19,095 nucleotides of DNA, from contig CAZOLI010000001.1 in assembly GCA_964580675.1 (NCBI GenBank), positions 148,703 to 167,797 of the forward strand. Direction: 5' to 3'. How positions within the stretch are numbered: the stretch's first letter is position 1; each line of letters begins with the position of its first letter. The notes beneath the pieces are model-generated. The model was not told the origin of the DNA and searched no databases. It worked only from the letters and a program-made list of their open reading frames with translations. Both the position numbers and the translations under genes were made by a program. Of this stretch, positions 18,339 to 19,095 are shown piece after piece. The DNA is from an uncultured Planctomycetia bacterium (lineage in GTDB: Bacteria; Planctomycetota; MHYJ01; CAYXQY01).

Positions 18339-18372
18339 ATTTAGAACTATAACAGTTCAAATAGTGTAACCC
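18339..18372 (-). promoter_or_regulatory. Candidate extended -10 promoter with an overlapping inverted-repeat operator for the ferritin-like gene
   Basis: On the - strand: TTGGGT, a 17-nt spacer, then TGtTATAGT. A perfect inverted repeat GAACT-ataac-AGTTC (18340-18354 on the + strand) overlaps the -10. Confidence 0.4.
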
Positions 18373-18529
18373 AAGGGAACCGAATATAAAAATCGTGTCC
18401 GATTGTTCAGGGAAACCAAATTTCCACATCGATCCTGTGTTTTCCCTTGAAATTTACATGATATGAGTTAACTTGAGTAGCCGGAAGCAATTCTCACAGG
18501 ACTGATTATATTGCGACGAAACAAGTACC

Positions 18530-19095
18530 ATGGATGTGGTATTCATGGTCGGAATGCCTTACTGTGGTTCCACGTTTTTCGGCCGGGTGCTGAATCAACA
18601 TTCACGGATTTTCACCGCCGGCGAACTGCACTACGTGGACGAATCACTGAACGAAAACACCCGTGACTGCAAGTGTGTTGCTGCACATGACAAACAAACC
18701 TGTTCGTTCTGGAACGACATTTACCGAATCTTCAGACGACGGGGCGGAGACCTGGCGGCGGCGGCCCGGATGAGTCAGGACAACCGCCTGGAATGGATGA
18801 AGGCCGTTATTTCGCCGTTTTTCCCGCGGATTGCACCGGATTTCGGGGAGCAAAACCGGCTGCTTTACGAGGTTATCGCCGAGAAATCTGGCGCCGAGGT
18901 CGTCGTGGATACCTCCAAACGAATCTGGCGAGGGCTTCCACTAAAACACCGGGCTCCCTTTGACATCCACTTTCTCCACCTCGTCAAATCCCCGGAAAAT
19001 CAAATTTACTCCCGTATCAAAAGAGGGAACAGTTTCTGGCACTCCGCCATCCTCAAATACTGGCGAAAACAGCTCCTGATCCAAAAATGGTTTCG
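18530..19095 (+). CDS. Sulfotransferase-family protein (PAPS-dependent, Sulfotransfer_3-like), 3'-truncated at the window edge
   Basis: The N-terminus reads MDVVFMVGMPYCGSTFFGRVLNQHSRIF, matching the 5'-PSB P-loop-like motif G.PRSGTT..........HP.I of sulfotransferases. The ORF is open to the end of the window. It is absent from the supplied ORF track because no stop lies within the window. Confidence 0.7.
   Translation, partial: MDVVFMVGMPYCGSTFFGRVLNQHSRIFTAGELHYVDESLNENTRDCKCVAAHDKQTCSFWNDIYRIFRRRGGDLAAAARMSQDNRLEWMKAVISPFFPRIAPDFGEQNRLLYEVIAEKSGAEVVVDTSKRIWRGLPLKHRAPFDIHFLHLVKSPENQIYSRIKRGNSFWHSAILKYWRKQLLIQKWF

Noticed and set aside
18430-18529. TTGAAA at 18447 as the -35 of a sulfotransferase promoter
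   Set aside because: No acceptable -10 lies 16-19 bp downstream. Only a TGATTATAT-like element sits about 55 bp away with no matching -35. I did not call a promoter.

Overview
The window is 19.1 kb of bacterial chromosome, roughly 57% GC, and the encoded proteins are markedly acidic, which suggests a salt-in halophile. Gene density is high. I found no rRNA, tRNA, CRISPR array, transposase or integrase. The + strand carries a 5'-truncated SLC12/CCC-type cation-chloride cotransporter, a TVP38/DedA membrane protein, a YqiJ/NfeD-like protein followed by a YqiK-type flotillin (probable operon with a sigma70-like promoter and a GGAGGA ribosome-binding site), a zinc-ribbon plus CPBP intramembrane protease fusion, a cold-shock-domain plus DEAD-box helicase fusion with a long leader, and a 3'-truncated sulfotransferase. 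The - strand carries, in transcription order, fur/perR, katG, a strong palindromic terminator, a Bcp/PrxQ peroxiredoxin, a candidate terminator and extended -10 promoter, a GAF-GGDEF diguanylate cyclase and a small acidic lipoprotein. Further along the - strand are a 688-aa membrane protein (DUF2062-like N-terminus, large extracytoplasmic domain, coiled-coil tail), a ferritin-like diiron protein and a 449-aa protein built as two copies of a 2TM plus soluble-domain module (bPH/DUF304-like). Non-coding items worth a second look: a palindromic operator overlapping the fur start, an unexplained 300-bp GC-rich block between divergent promoters, GTTTG-N-CAAAC palindromes in the helicase/membrane-protein divergent region, a GAACT-N5-AGTTC operator over the ferritin-like promoter, and a G/T-rich TGGGTTT-repeat tract in a 400-bp convergent gap. 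All calls come from reading the translations and DNA by eye. No database search was possible.
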